Below, piece by piece: positions 13,075 through 24,819 of a DNA stretch of 64,000 nucleotides. This DNA is from Dicyema japonicum (lineage: Eukaryota; Animalia; Dicyemida). Under the pieces are notes generated by a model. It did no database searches. It was not told the origin of the DNA and was given only the letters and a program-made list of their open reading frames with translations. Each line of letters opens with the position of its first letter. Within the stretch, counting starts at the first letter, position 1. Position numbers and translations under genes: made by a program. Where the stretch lies: contig RDEW01000006.1 of NCBI GenBank assembly GCA_011109175.1, positions 527,281 through 591,280 on the forward strand. Reading direction: 5' to 3'.

Positions 13075-13572
13075 ATGATAATCATTTTATTTGGTGTTTC
13101 AGGTTGTGGCAAAACCACAGTTGGCAAGGAACTAGCAAATAAATTGAATTGGGAATTTTGTGATGCGGACGATTATCATTCCTCAAATAATCGCGAAAAA
13201 ATGAGGCAAGGAATTCCCTTAACAGACGAGGACAGATATGAATGGCTGATGGAATTAAGGGATATTTTGATAAAATGTGACAAAATGAACTCATCAATGA
13301 TTCTTGCATGTTCAGCACTGAAAAGATCATATCGGAATTTGTTGAATGTGAATGATGAATGCTATTTTGTTCTGCTAAATGGGCCATACGAAGTGATCAG
13401 AGAGAGGATGGAAAATAGGAGGGATCACTTTTTCTGCAATAGTTTACTTCTCAGTCAAATGGAGACTATTGAGATAACGGGGGATGAGTATATCATTGTT
13501 GATATTAATTATAATGTACAAAGTCTGGTTGACCAAATTACCACCAAAATGAATTTAAAGCCATTTTTATAG
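13075..13572 (+). CDS. IDNK: Gluconokinase (GntK/IdnK family), intronless, 165 aa
   Basis: P-loop GVSGCGKT, DADDYH, KMRQGIPLTDEDR, ACSALKRSY, HFF..SLL.SQ. Confidence 0.93.
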   Translation: MIIILFGVSGCGKTTVGKELANKLNWEFCDADDYHSSNNREKMRQGIPLTDEDRYEWLMELRDILIKCDKMNSSMILACSALKRSYRNLLNVNDECYFVLLNGPYEVIRERMENRRDHFFCNSLLLSQMETIEITGDEYIIVDINYNVQSLVDQITTKMNLKPFL

Positions 13573-14305
13573 TTGTTTTTTTAATATGTTTTTCTGAGAA
13601 TTTAAATAACAGATGTTCCATTTGAATTAAATAATATTCATATAAATTCCCAGTCATTACTGACCACTGCTACAACACTTGTAACTAATTTTTTATATAC
13701 AACCCCTGAGAAATATGTTTTATCTAATACCCCCAGTGGAGTGGGATGTGTTATAGGAACCCTTCCACTGAGATAGATAAATCTCTCAGGCATTGAACGT
13801 CTTCTGAGCTAGGTGGACCCATTGAATCAATAAGAATGATGCAATGACATTCTAAATAATTGAAGAGTGATGGATAACTCTAAAAAAGTTCTGAGTTTCT
13901 TCAGCACAATGTATTATTTTTGAAATAAAAAACCGCGCCTCAAAAACTATTAACGCTTGTGTTTCCCCTACCACCAAGAGTATTGATTTCAACAAGTTTG
14001 CCGTATCGAACACGGACGGATCTAAATTTCCTTGCCCCGGGACCCAAGAAACCATTTTGTGAGCCGCCGTTCACACAGATGTTACCGTACAAATGAAATT
14101 GGACAGTCGGACAAGTAGCTGTGCATTTCCATCAACCACAAGACATGCTCCTCTCCGTCTTAATACGCCTTTAATTTCCCGACACACACAACATCCAATC
14201 GATTGATTTCCCTTTGTGTAATTATGCTTCTGCCAACCACCAATTTTTCCGTCGCTCAAAGATATGGGGGTAAATAAATACAATTAAGTACAAATATTAA
14301 GAAAA

Positions 14306-15460
14306 TCAAAAATAATCACCCAAATCTTTCCTCAAACACCCTTTTCCTAGCAGAATTCACAATATCATCAAATTTTCTTATGCTACGAGTTCGTCTCCTC
14401 TCAATTTCCTCCATTAAACTAACATTCTCAACAACAGGGAACTCCAATGGGACGAACCCACTCGTATCAGGAAGCTCATCCTTATATAGTCTCTTGACTC
14501 TCTCACTAAACTATACATTCCATCAAACATTAGGTCGCATATTCGAGGCTTCAGCTTATTAAACTGAGGACCGACAAACTTCCTGCTCTCCAGATCATCA
14601 TAAATAGTCCTGTCCAGTTCACACAGAGACTTAATCATCTCAGAGCTTGGAAAGTCGACCTGTTTGACCAAATGAGACGGAGAACTAATTCTGGTGCAAT
14701 AACTTTGCATATTTGTGCTCAAATCTCTCAGAACTTCATTCATCCACTCAATCTTAAACTAACATTGACAGTCACATCAAAATCAGAGGGTTCCAGCTCG
14801 GACTGTCGGGCCTCCATCTCATGAATCTCCTTCTGGAGTTGAGTATTCTTGTGATCTAAGTCGCTTTTAAAGTAAAATGAAAAGATACTTATAGAAATCA
14901 GTCCATCCCCTAATGAACTCCTTATGTTCAAGAATGTGTGTCTCATTTCTCTCAGTGAGGGAGTTGATCAACTCTGAATTGGCGCCAATATCGAGAATGG
15001 GACGATCTAACGTGATAGACTGTCTTACGTTTTATACTGATGCGGATTGCGTAGGTTGAGAGAGCCACCAAAAAAGTGTATAGCTTGAAACCACAGAGGA
15101 CTGGAAGACCGGCCAGATTGTAGCACCTGGCGTATTCAATCTCTGGTTCATTTGAGATCTCTTTTATCCACTCTTTGACCAGTTTTCTGAACTCTGAAAA
15201 CATTCGCGTATTGTTTGTAATAGGCCAGTAGGCAGAAAATTTCCGTTTGGCTCTGTCTAGGTCGATGCAATGGAAGACGAATATTATGACTGACTGTATT
15301 ACAGTAAGATCTAGAGTATCAAACATGGTTCTGAGATTATAATTAATCTCCACCTTGAAAGGATGAATCCCTTCCCCCATTTTTTGGACTTATCGTAATT
15401 CAATACCTTCAAATTCAGGAAAAATTCGTCCCTTATAGTGTGGTCCTCACAAAATGACAT
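14306..15460 (-). CDS. HAUS6: Augmin subunit HAUS6/Dgt6-like, multi-exon
   Basis: 'MFDTLD..IIFVFHCIDLDRAKRKFSAYWPI..FSEFRKLVKEWIKEISNE' matches the HAUS6 N-terminal domain. Five 22-25 nt GT-AG introns keep the frame open to the stop at 14306. Confidence 0.7.
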
Positions 15461-15962
15461 AACTAATAAGACCGCGTTTAATTTATTATATTATTTTTAT
15501 TTTTACTAATTATATTTATAATAAAAATATATTAATCATTTTCTCTTTCTCATCCATTGAAGAGGTTCCTACAACTTCAAGAACATACATTCTCCATTTC
15601 CAATGGTTCTTTATGGATTTTTTGTGGAAGATATCTCTGTTTCTGCCACTGTGGGGACTTAATACTGAGTTAATAGTTGAATAAGGAAAGTTTTCGTCTA
15701 ATTATGGGATCTTGGTGTCCATGCCTTGTTTCTCTCTATGGTTGTTTTGGAATTCCGGATAAATCCTCATAAAAGAGAAGGTTTCGTATAATATCTTGGA
15801 GAGGATCCCATCTGTTATCTGAATTTCAGCATATAGGGATGTTCTGGAGACCGTCAATTTAAAGAATTCTCGCTGACGTTTCATCAGGTGATTCATTTAA
15901 GCAAGAGCGTGGTGATCCATGCTTTGTATAGAAGTCTCAACGAAGGGATGGAAGATACCATA

Positions 15963-18931
15963 TTATTATTATTATAAGCAACTACATAGAATCATATAAA
16001 CTATAATTCTATTCGTGCCGCGTCCGAACAATCCTCATAATTAGCCTTTCCCATCCCCTCCTGTCCGATGCCAAGTCCGCAGACTACTAAGGTCTTCACC
16101 GTCCTTTAGTGTCTGGTTACTGATCTCAGGTCACCATTAAGGACTTCCGGGAGAGTTATTCTTGGACGACCTCTGAACTTCTCCCCTGACGTATCGAAGT
16201 ATTCTTCCATGACGACGTTTGCTGGCGTGTCTTGTTCCAATCTGAGAATATGGCCAAACAATCTCCAGCGAGCCTTCATGATCATGGTGCTCAGAGGTCC
16301 GGAACCGCATCTTCTATATAAATTTTCACTCCCTACACGCATTGGCCACTTTAGTCCCAAGAGAGACCGAAGTTGCCTTCTGTGAAAGGAGTCAAGGTTT
16401 TGTTCGTCCGTTTTCGAAATTCCCCACGTCCCAGAGTTGTATGTTAGTATGGGCCTCACGAACGCCTCATACAACCTGAGTCAGTGATGGCCCGACCGAG
16501 CATTTTCTTATCCAACATTTCATAAGTTTTTGCATAGTAACCGTAGATAACAATTTTCTTCTTGCAATGTCTTCGGAGTCTCCGAGAAGAGAGCCAAGCT
16601 TTACGGTCTTCCTCCAACATTCACTATTGCGTAGTTCCATCCGCTTAATTTCAACAATATCCGTTTTCTGAACATTCAGTGATAGACACCATTTGGCCAA
16701 ACAGCCTGATGCAACCTCCAAGAGACGTAAGAGTGCTTCTTTGTCAGTCGAGATAAAGTCAACATCATCGGCATACACGATCTCCATAATATCATTGTTG
16801 TAATACTTCCGGAGGTCTTGCAGAGCCGATTCAAGGTATATAGCAAACAATACTGGGGAAAGGGAATCTCCTTGGGGTGTGCCCACTGTTGAAATAATTT
16901 CCCGTGACAAACATTTTCCAATACGCACTCGTAACCTCGTGTTTGATAAGAGTATCCGTATCAGAATAACCGAGTCCTTATCCAGGAAACTTTCAAGCAC
17001 TTCAATGAGTTTTCCCCGACGGACAGTGTCGAAAGCTCTGGTCAGATCAATTCCAAGGATAGTCTTTGAGCTCCGGAATCTTTGTTGAATAGCACATTGC
17101 CATCTATGGCACCATACTACATCAGCCGTTGATCTCCCTGTCCTAAAACCACTCTGGCTCTGGGCCAAGTACCCGTCCACCGGCTCTTGGATCCGATTAA
17201 GAGTAATTAGGGCAAGGATCTTCCTTAAGGTGTTTAGAAGGATGACAGGGCGCAGGTTTTCAACTGGCCCAGGGGGTTTATTACCTTTTTGAACTGGTAC
17301 TAGTATCCCCTTTCCAATTTCTGAAAAGTCCTTGTTTTCTATCATGTCATTCAGCAATTTTGAGAGTTTATCTGCAAGTTCTGGAGGGCCAAATTTTAGC
17401 AATTCAGATGGTATATTATCTGGTCCTGGAGAGCGCCCAGATTTAAGTTTCCTTATCGCCATGCAAACCTCCTCCGGTGAAATGATCCGTTCAAGTGTTG
17501 TGTTCTTAGGCGTGAAATCTGATTTTTCTCCTTTTACAAAGAACAGTTGTTCAATATGCGATGCTATGAACTCTGTCTGTTCTGCAACATTTCCTATTGT
17601 TTTTCCATTTCTGTCATGCAAAATAAGTTTCACTGATTGGCTCTTCCTCCGTATTAGTCGTATAGCCATGAATGTCGCAGCATTGTCTTTAAGGTTTTCT
17701 ACCTCTCTGATCTTGCTTTCCAACTGACTAGTGTGATGTAGTCTGTTTAGGAGTTTGATTTTTCTCTCAATTTGCCTTCGTTCTTGTTTCAGTTTGCAAA
17801 CAGTCTGAGGATCGACAGTATTTTCGGATCTAAGCCTTAAGTTCTTCTGCAAATTCAATAGGGCTGACACTTCCGGGTGACGCTGACTGCTATGGGGTTT
17901 AAGTTCCCCCAGATGTTTGTCAGCAGCGGAAATGATCCCTCTCCTAGTTTCGAGCCATGCCTTTCCTGGTGAAAGATCCGATGCCGTATTATTAATTGAA
18001 TCCGATACACATTCTTTATAGTCTGCTTGTACTTTTGGTGAAGAGCCCAAGAGTTCAGTCATATACCTTCTTGATCGCGTGGAATCTCCACCACGATGTG
18101 TTTGGAAGAAGCATCTTCTATTAGTTATCCCGTAGAGGAACTCCTCCGCAGTTGGACCAAGTCTTAAGCTGAATCTTGCTGACACAATTTTGTGATCACT
18201 GTTAACAGTTAGTCCTCCATAAGATCTCGAGTCCCGTAAGAGAGATTTGTCTTTTACTCGACACAGAATATAATCGATCTGATTATAAATCCTTATCAGA
18301 TTTCCGGTGGTCGATAGTCTAGTGCCCATCCACGTTGTCTTGTGGCGTGCGGAATGTTGGAATTGAGTATTGCACAGGAATAAATCAAAGGATTCGCAGA
18401 AATATGCCAGAGCAGTACCAGAATAGTTCCTGATCCCCCTTCCATGTGGTCCAATAAAACGTTCGTGTCCTTGATGTACCCCAGCTTTAGCATTCCAATC
18501 ACCAGCGATAAAGAGGAACGATGAAAACTTCAGAGAAGATACGACCTCGACAAGTTCTTCGTAGAAAACGTCCAATTCCTCTGGGTTTTTGGAAACACGG
18601 CCACTATGTGGGGCGTACACGTTCACAATGGAAATTAGTTGCCTGGACTTCCCTTTGGGTCCAATAAGAAATTGAATAACACATATCCTGTCATCAATTT
18701 TCCAATATCGATGTAATCTGGGGAGCAAATTCTTGTGAACAGCGAAACCCTGTCCATAGTGTTTACAGTACGATGGAAGGAGGATTAGTCTGTAGTCTCC
18801 AAGGTTTTCATCGAGTCCTTTTCTGAGCTTCGTCTCTTGGAGACAGCAAACAGAGCATCCATATTTTGCAAGGTCCAGACATAGTTGGTGCCTCTTTGAC
18901 CAGTCATTAAGGCCCCTGGCATTGAAGGTAA
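15963..18931 (-). mobile_element. Young 5'-truncated RTE-like LINE (APE + RT) with (TAA)n tail and 13-bp TSD
   Basis: Long ORF with TFNARG, LQETK, GDWN, IDYIL, SDH, RPVILLN, DLTRAFD, PQGDSLSP and YADD; one frameshift near 16490. TSD GGAAGATACCATA at 15950-15962 and 18932-18944. Confidence 0.93.
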
Positions 18932-18944
18932 GGAAGATACCATA

Positions 18945-19340
18945 GACTACGAAAAAGGGTTCAATATTATCATCTATTTTAAACCCTCAAATCTTCCTGG
19001 TCTGCTAGATATGTAAATGGTAGGCAGATAGTAACTCCGAGGATGGAGGTGATCTTATTGGTTGGGATCGTGAGTCATTTAAGTTGACCTCTGGGATTAT
19101 AGTCTTTTTTAGTGAAGAGATGACCGTTTCTACGTGTGATTTTTCTAGTAAAGTTTTTATGTGGTTTTTTTATCTTGTAGTTTTTTCAAATCTTCAATGT
19201 TTCGCTCCAACAATGAGCATGGTGCTTTGGGCATCTGGAGTCGTAAGGTCGCTAAAGAATAGATTGACCAATGTTGGGGATAACAGGGATCTTTGTGGGA
19301 CTATGTTTGGGATATATAATGATTTTGGCATTGATTATTT
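18945..19340 (-). mobile_element. Old I/Nimb-like LINE RT relic interrupted by the RTE insertion (continues about 15600-15949)
   Basis: 'VPQRSLLSPTLVNLFFSDL' and 'ILGVT'; the other side of the TSD is only weakly similar. Confidence 0.4.
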
Positions 19341-21320
19341 CATTTCACTCGTTTTCTGATGTCTTCTTACCACAAGACTGCCATAGCTTGGACTCTACTT
19401 GTGACCTCAGACTCCTTTTATAATTCATTCTGTGCTGCGACATACGAGTCAAAGATAGCATCTCTTTTCAGGAGATTTGCCATCTTTTTCTCTGTTACTT
19501 CTCTGATCAACACTAATAGCAAATCTTCGTCCTCATCTAAAATCTCGTCGAGCCGTTTGCGTAGTGCAATCTTGATCCCTGCTCTCCTCGATTTTTCAGA
19601 AAAACAAGATTAAATGCTCCATTTATGAATATAACCCTATTCTTCAAGCCCATAGAGGAGTAATGGAATGATCGTACGTGAAAAAAATAAATAAAAACAT
19701 ATCCGTTTCGAGTTTTAATTTCCTCATACACAAGATCGCATTGTGTGATTTTTTCCTTAGGAGTTTAAAGCTTTTATAAACTACTCCCAGTTTTCTCAAA
19801 GAAGCTGTTCTTAGATACTTCAGGAATATCAAAGTATTGATTCCGCATAAAGAGCCTTGCTGATTTCCTTTTCCATTTCAACCGATAAACTTCATTGCAT
19901 TAGATTTTTTCTGACAATTTTAATCCACATAGAAATCTTTAAGGAAGTGTTAAAGCGCACAGGTGTTGGAGGTCGGTAGATGAGAGGAAAGACCGGGATG
20001 GTTTGTTTTACTCCAGAGAGAATCAATAATTTCATCACTTTACTTTCTCGAGTTGGGGGATTGTACGGTTCTTGGAATAAGCTTTATGGTTGATATTCGC
20101 TAAGACTTCATAGACCTGGGAAATATTACGTGGTGGAGTCTGGAGAAAACTTGCTTTTCTGGCTTTTCCCATCATTCTTTGTTTTGTACCGTATGGTTTC
20201 TTAATTTGTTAACTATTTATTTTTTGTATCAAAAAATAGTAATATTCTTGTGGTTTGTATATGTTCGCCTATTTTGAACAAGATGAAACATTAGCAATAG
20301 ACCAATCTACGAAGGACCCCGATAGAGAAACATTAATAGCATAGACCAAGTGGTCCTTGGTTGTGTGGAATCCAAGGAATCTGTTATACTACCTCTCAAT
20401 CTGATGTCAGTCTGATTGTCCTACCTATTCCTACAAGCAATTATTGGACAAGTGAAGCAGGAAGACAACTTCTAGTGGACGTCCTAAGTAATCCAAGCTT
20501 CTCTTGCAAAATTCTGGAAAATACCTTTTAGTGGATGGCTGTTGATCACACGATCTTTTAGTGAGAATTTTGTTACTTCCATATTATAAAATACTAAATT
20601 TGTGTGTGTACTTGTGTGCGTTCGTCCGCAAATCGATTTTTTTTAAAAATGCAAATTTCCATAGGTGGGATCGTAATATATAAAGGGAGGGTTAAGGACT
20701 ACATGGAACCGGTCCTCAGAGAAAAAGAGATCGAAATTTGGATTTTCTATATTTACGTTAAAATATATTTGAGGAGTCAATTCGAGGTTGGGGATACCAA
20801 GTACAGGTCTCCAGGTTATGAAAGGTCAAAATTATGATATTTTGGATCAATCCGAAGTTTGGGACGAAGATGTCATAATTACTGTCCTGGCCGTTTTTTA
20901 TGTACTTTTAATCTTATGCGTTGAGTGATGCGGTTTATGTGTGACGGATTATTTTAAAGTGCGACTAATCCTTCATGATCTTCCAAGTTCCTTCAATTTT
21001 TGGTAAGAAGAGATTTGAACACGGAGACTTCGTGTATCCAACACCTCCTATGAAACAATTCTTTTTCAAATCATTCAGAGTTTAATCTTGGGGATTCTGG
21101 AACAATCGGATAATTGATAACAAATGGAGGAGGCACCTCGAGAAGAGGGAAGGTCCTCTTCTATAAAAATCGTAAGAGGAACTGCGCACTCACTCACGAG
21201 AGCTGTTTACTAATTTATAACACTTTGAGTTACTCGGCTCTGTTTAGTTAAATCAGCTATTAAACCATAATTTTCGTTAATTTTTAATATTTACGTGCTA
21301 AAATCCAATAGGAAACAATT

Positions 21321-21581
21321 ATGTTTTATTTAATTGTGTTTATTTGCATTTCATCCACAAAACTCGTCAATCAGAGCACAAACAGTAATGCAAAAGGTGG
21401 GGGCTGTGTGATTTTAGTAAGTGACGCCGAATTAAGAAAATTCGTGTGGTTAATAGTGGGGATTGTCGTAGGATCTATTGCTATATGGATTTTATCTATG
21501 ATATGCAGGTTTTTCGCCGTATTAGTCGCAGATCGTGTGGAAATAGAGTCGTCGACAGTGACAGGGTTTTTCTTGAGTTAA
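21321..21581 (+). CDS. Hypothetical small membrane protein (signal-like N-terminus plus one TM helix)
   Basis: 86-aa ATG ORF flanked by AT-rich tracts, with two hydrophobic segments; no recognisable homology. Confidence 0.35.
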   Translation: MFYLIVFICISSTKLVNQSTNSNAKGGGCVILVSDAELRKFVWLIVGIVVGSIAIWILSMICRFFAVLVADRVEIESSTVTGFFLS

Positions 21582-22569
21582 GTTAAATTAAAAAATTAAT
21601 TATATAAATTTTATTTACCTCATTTTCCAAATTTGATCATCATTGAATAACTTTAATTATATTATGCAAGTCATCTGTGTAACCGTGGTCTCTGGTGTTA
21701 TTATTATCTGAACCATGCATCTCATATGCGTGTACCTCATGGGGGCCTTGGAATAAGCTCAGAAAATTGCAGCTACACAAAAAGGGTTTTTGGATTGAAA
21801 GAGAATTGGTTCACGAATTAAAAGAGCATGATGCTGACACCCTTGGAGATGCTAATCCGAATGAATAACGGAGGAAGATTGATATAATGTGATCAGGAGA
21901 CAACCAGACCCTAACGAGCTTGTGTAGGATCAAGGGAGCAGCATTGAGCCGAGCTGAGAGCACTTGGTTTGTTTTTTCGGTTTAGCGGTGGTATTGGAAT
22001 AAAAATTTAATTAATTCAATCTCAAAGAAAAGACGTCAGATTTTGCCGCTTTTCCCGTTATGCCTACTATGACCAGAATACGGCGCACCTCTTGTGTTCT
22101 GCGCCACAATAGGTAAACTTGACGAATCTCTGGGAGCTACCATTCTTGGTCAGAGCTGGCACTACCACTTCGAAGATATACCAAGACCAGTGTTACTCAA
22201 CCTTTTTTTTATCGCTCCTGTAAATAATTATCCCCCCTCATAATAAATAGTAATTCGAATTAAACAGGAGATTTTATTTAAGGCTTACCGGTGATGTTCA
22301 GTACACTGTGTGTAAAGTGGAAAAAGATGAATGTTTAACCTTTTGGGAAACTGTGGGAGAAGGATGAAAGTCAAAAATTTTCTAAAGTTTTTTTTTTACT
22401 CTTAAAAAATAAGTTACGTTATTGATCGGAAAGTGACGCTAATGGACAGGAAAATTACGCTATTGATCGGGAAACCCTATATAAAAACTCCTAACTAAGA
22501 TTGTTTTTTTTAAAATTGGGTTTTTGAACAATTATATTTAGGATTATCAAGAAAGATATATCTGTAGTT

Positions 22570-22700
22570 TAAGTGACCCGTCCTCACTAACTTGTAGGAG
22601 ACCAGCGGATATTAAGTAGAACACAGCAAATTCCAGTCGCTTCCATAGATCAATCAGTCTTGGCATTGTAGACGAACAGGTGTAGTAATTCAGGGCTTAT
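22570..22700 (-). mobile_element. I/Nimb-like LINE 3' end fragment
   Basis: Clear nucleotide similarity to 5820-5940 (CCTCACTAACTTGTAGGAG..CCATAGATC..GGCATTGTA.ACGAAC). Confidence 0.55.
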
Positions 22701-22745
22701 TATTATTATTTAGCATCCCAAAACCACTGTAAACGAAACTAATTA

Positions 22746-23381
22746 CACTCTATCCCATAAATGTTGACCAATTTCCATAAATGTTGACCCAATTCCAATA
22801 AATGATGACCCAATTGCCATAAATGATGACCCAATTCCAATAAATGATGACCCAATTCCCATAAATGATGAACCCAATTCCCATAAATGATGACCCAATT
22901 CCATAAATGATGTCCAAGTTATACTAATTAAATAATTTAGGAAAAAAGTATTTTATTCAATTAATCTGTTATTAATTCCATGTACCCTTTCCAAAAACTG
23001 TTGTAATATGAGGACAAATTCTCGGATTCGAGACCACTCATAACAAATCCGATATTTTTTAGCAATTCTTCCTCTTACAGTTGCTTTTGGTCTAATTACA
23101 TTTAGGCAAGATTTCACACAAGAAAAAAAGTTTTCAATTGGTTTAGGTCAGGTGAATAAGGGGGTAAATAAACATTTATATATAATATAATTATATATAT
23201 AACTTGGACATCATTTACGGGGAATTGGGTCATCATTTATGGGAATTGGGTCATCAATTCATTATGGCAATTGGGTCAACATTTTATGGCAATTGGGTCA
23301 ACATTTATGGAATTGCGGTCATCATTTATTGGAATTGGGTCATCATTATGGGAATTGGGTCATCATTTATGGGATTGAGTG
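22746..23381. mobile_element. Foldback-type non-autonomous DNA transposon with tandem-repeat inverted arms and TA TSD
   Basis: Left arm 22746-22923 has about 8 units of CCATAAATGATGACCCAATT; right arm 23198-23381 is its reverse complement. Ends read TA|CACTC ... GAGTG|TA. Confidence 0.85.
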
Positions 23382-23658
23382 TATCACATGATCCCGATGC
23401 GTTCCATCAGTGACCTCATCTTTGCCCGATGTTCCTCCCTCGTGCCCGTGCATGATCGTACAGTACTGACTGAATTTACAAGGAGTCTAGTCTCATAAGG
23501 GCCTCCAGAGGGGCCGGTCGGTTCTGTGTTCTCCACAAATCCACTAGAAATTCAATTCCTTAAAGAATTAAATAATTTTATAACAAAAATAAATATAAAT
23601 AATCAATAAATTAGTCAGCAACTAAGTTCACTGAATGTGACAATTTGAGGGAATCTTT

Positions 23659-24819
23659 TTAGTCCTCCTTGCTTTGCGTGCGAAGGAAAGTCCTTAGTGA
23701 TAATCTAGAACTCATACCTGTCGAATTAGAAACATACATTTCCTCCAACCTCCCCACTGTGGTGGTGTCAAAGTAAGGATTCGATTCACAGAGAAAAGGA
23801 AACGGTACTTCTTTCTCAAATGTTGGTAGTTTTGTAGTGACCCACTTACTAAGAGTCACTTGCTCTAAGGAAGGCCGTAGTGAGGGATCAGCCTCGAGCA
23901 CATCCTTGATGAGATCTGTCAAACCAGCGTCATTATTGATAGAGGGGATCTTGTAGTTGTTCTCGATGATGTTGTTATAGATAATAAACACGTTTTCCCC
24001 CATAAATGGATGAACCCCAAAAACCATAGAAAATCTAATTCAATCAGTATTATATCAAACAGAGTGACTCCGAGGCTCCAAATATCAATCTTAAAGGGAT
24101 CTTTTACTTGTTTGTCTTGATGAACCTCAGGAGGCTGAAAAGCTGGACTTCCCCTGCTTATTATAGGCTTGTAGCTTCCATCTTGGAGCATTTCGACCTT
24201 CTGGTGACCACAAGTCAGTGAAATGGAGTACCTGGGCTACTCCAAAGTCTCCAATCTTGAGAGTATTGTCAAATTTGATCATCAAGTTAGCTGGCTTGAT
24301 ATCCAAGTGGACAACCCCCATACTACTTAGATATGAGATTCCCTCCAAGGGTCTGCTTCAGGTAACTAGGCATTTAATCAATCGTAAACCTCTGGGCTTG
24401 GAACTTTGGAAGTCGATTTGTGGAGCGCATGGTCGAGCATTTTTTGTATTGTGGTTGCACAGAGTTCGTAAATCAAGCATCTACACGTGGTTCATATAAT
24501 CTCACATTTTTACGTCATCATTGGAGTAGATTGACTCGTAGAAATGCAAAACATTTTTATGCTTAAGTTTTTTCAATAAATTAATTTCACAGTCAATTGA
24601 ATTTAAACCATTTGGAATTTTTTTTATTTTTTCTATTTTAAAAACTTTGATCGCAACTCTAATTAGGGTTTCTACGTTAATCGCATCCTTCACTTTAGCG
24701 TAGGAACCCTCACCAATAGTACTTCCAGCCATATAACACCCAATTAAATAAGACTTTTCACTCCCATTCTCTCCGAAATTAGTCACTTTCGGCTCAGTTA
24801 TGATTGAATCGTTGTCCAT
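23659..24819 (-). CDS. STK11: STK11/LKB1-like Ser/Thr kinase, multi-exon, one apparent frameshift
   Basis: IGEGSYAKVKD, KKIPNG..EINLLKKLKH, HLDIKPANL, GDFGVA, GSPAFQPPE, FKIDIWSLGVTL, HPFMGEN. Introns are about 24-31 nt, and there is an extra base near 24421-24428. Confidence 0.85.

Noticed and set aside
13600-14290. Coding-like stretch between gluconokinase and HAUS6
   Set aside because: I could not build a consistent exon chain or recognise a product on either strand.
19360-20200. Possible ORF1 of the RTE element, or a VPS9-like gene
   Set aside because: It lies outside the TSD, so it is not part of the insertion; the motif order does not fit VPS9, and there are many stops.
22750-23383. 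Tandem 21-bp units as a CRISPR array
   Set aside because: There are no unique spacers, the units are head-to-tail and mirrored in inverted arms, the context is eukaryotic, and there are no cas genes.
23204-23413. 69-aa ORF (MDIIYGELGHH..)
   Set aside because: It is a translation artefact of the foldback arm repeats.
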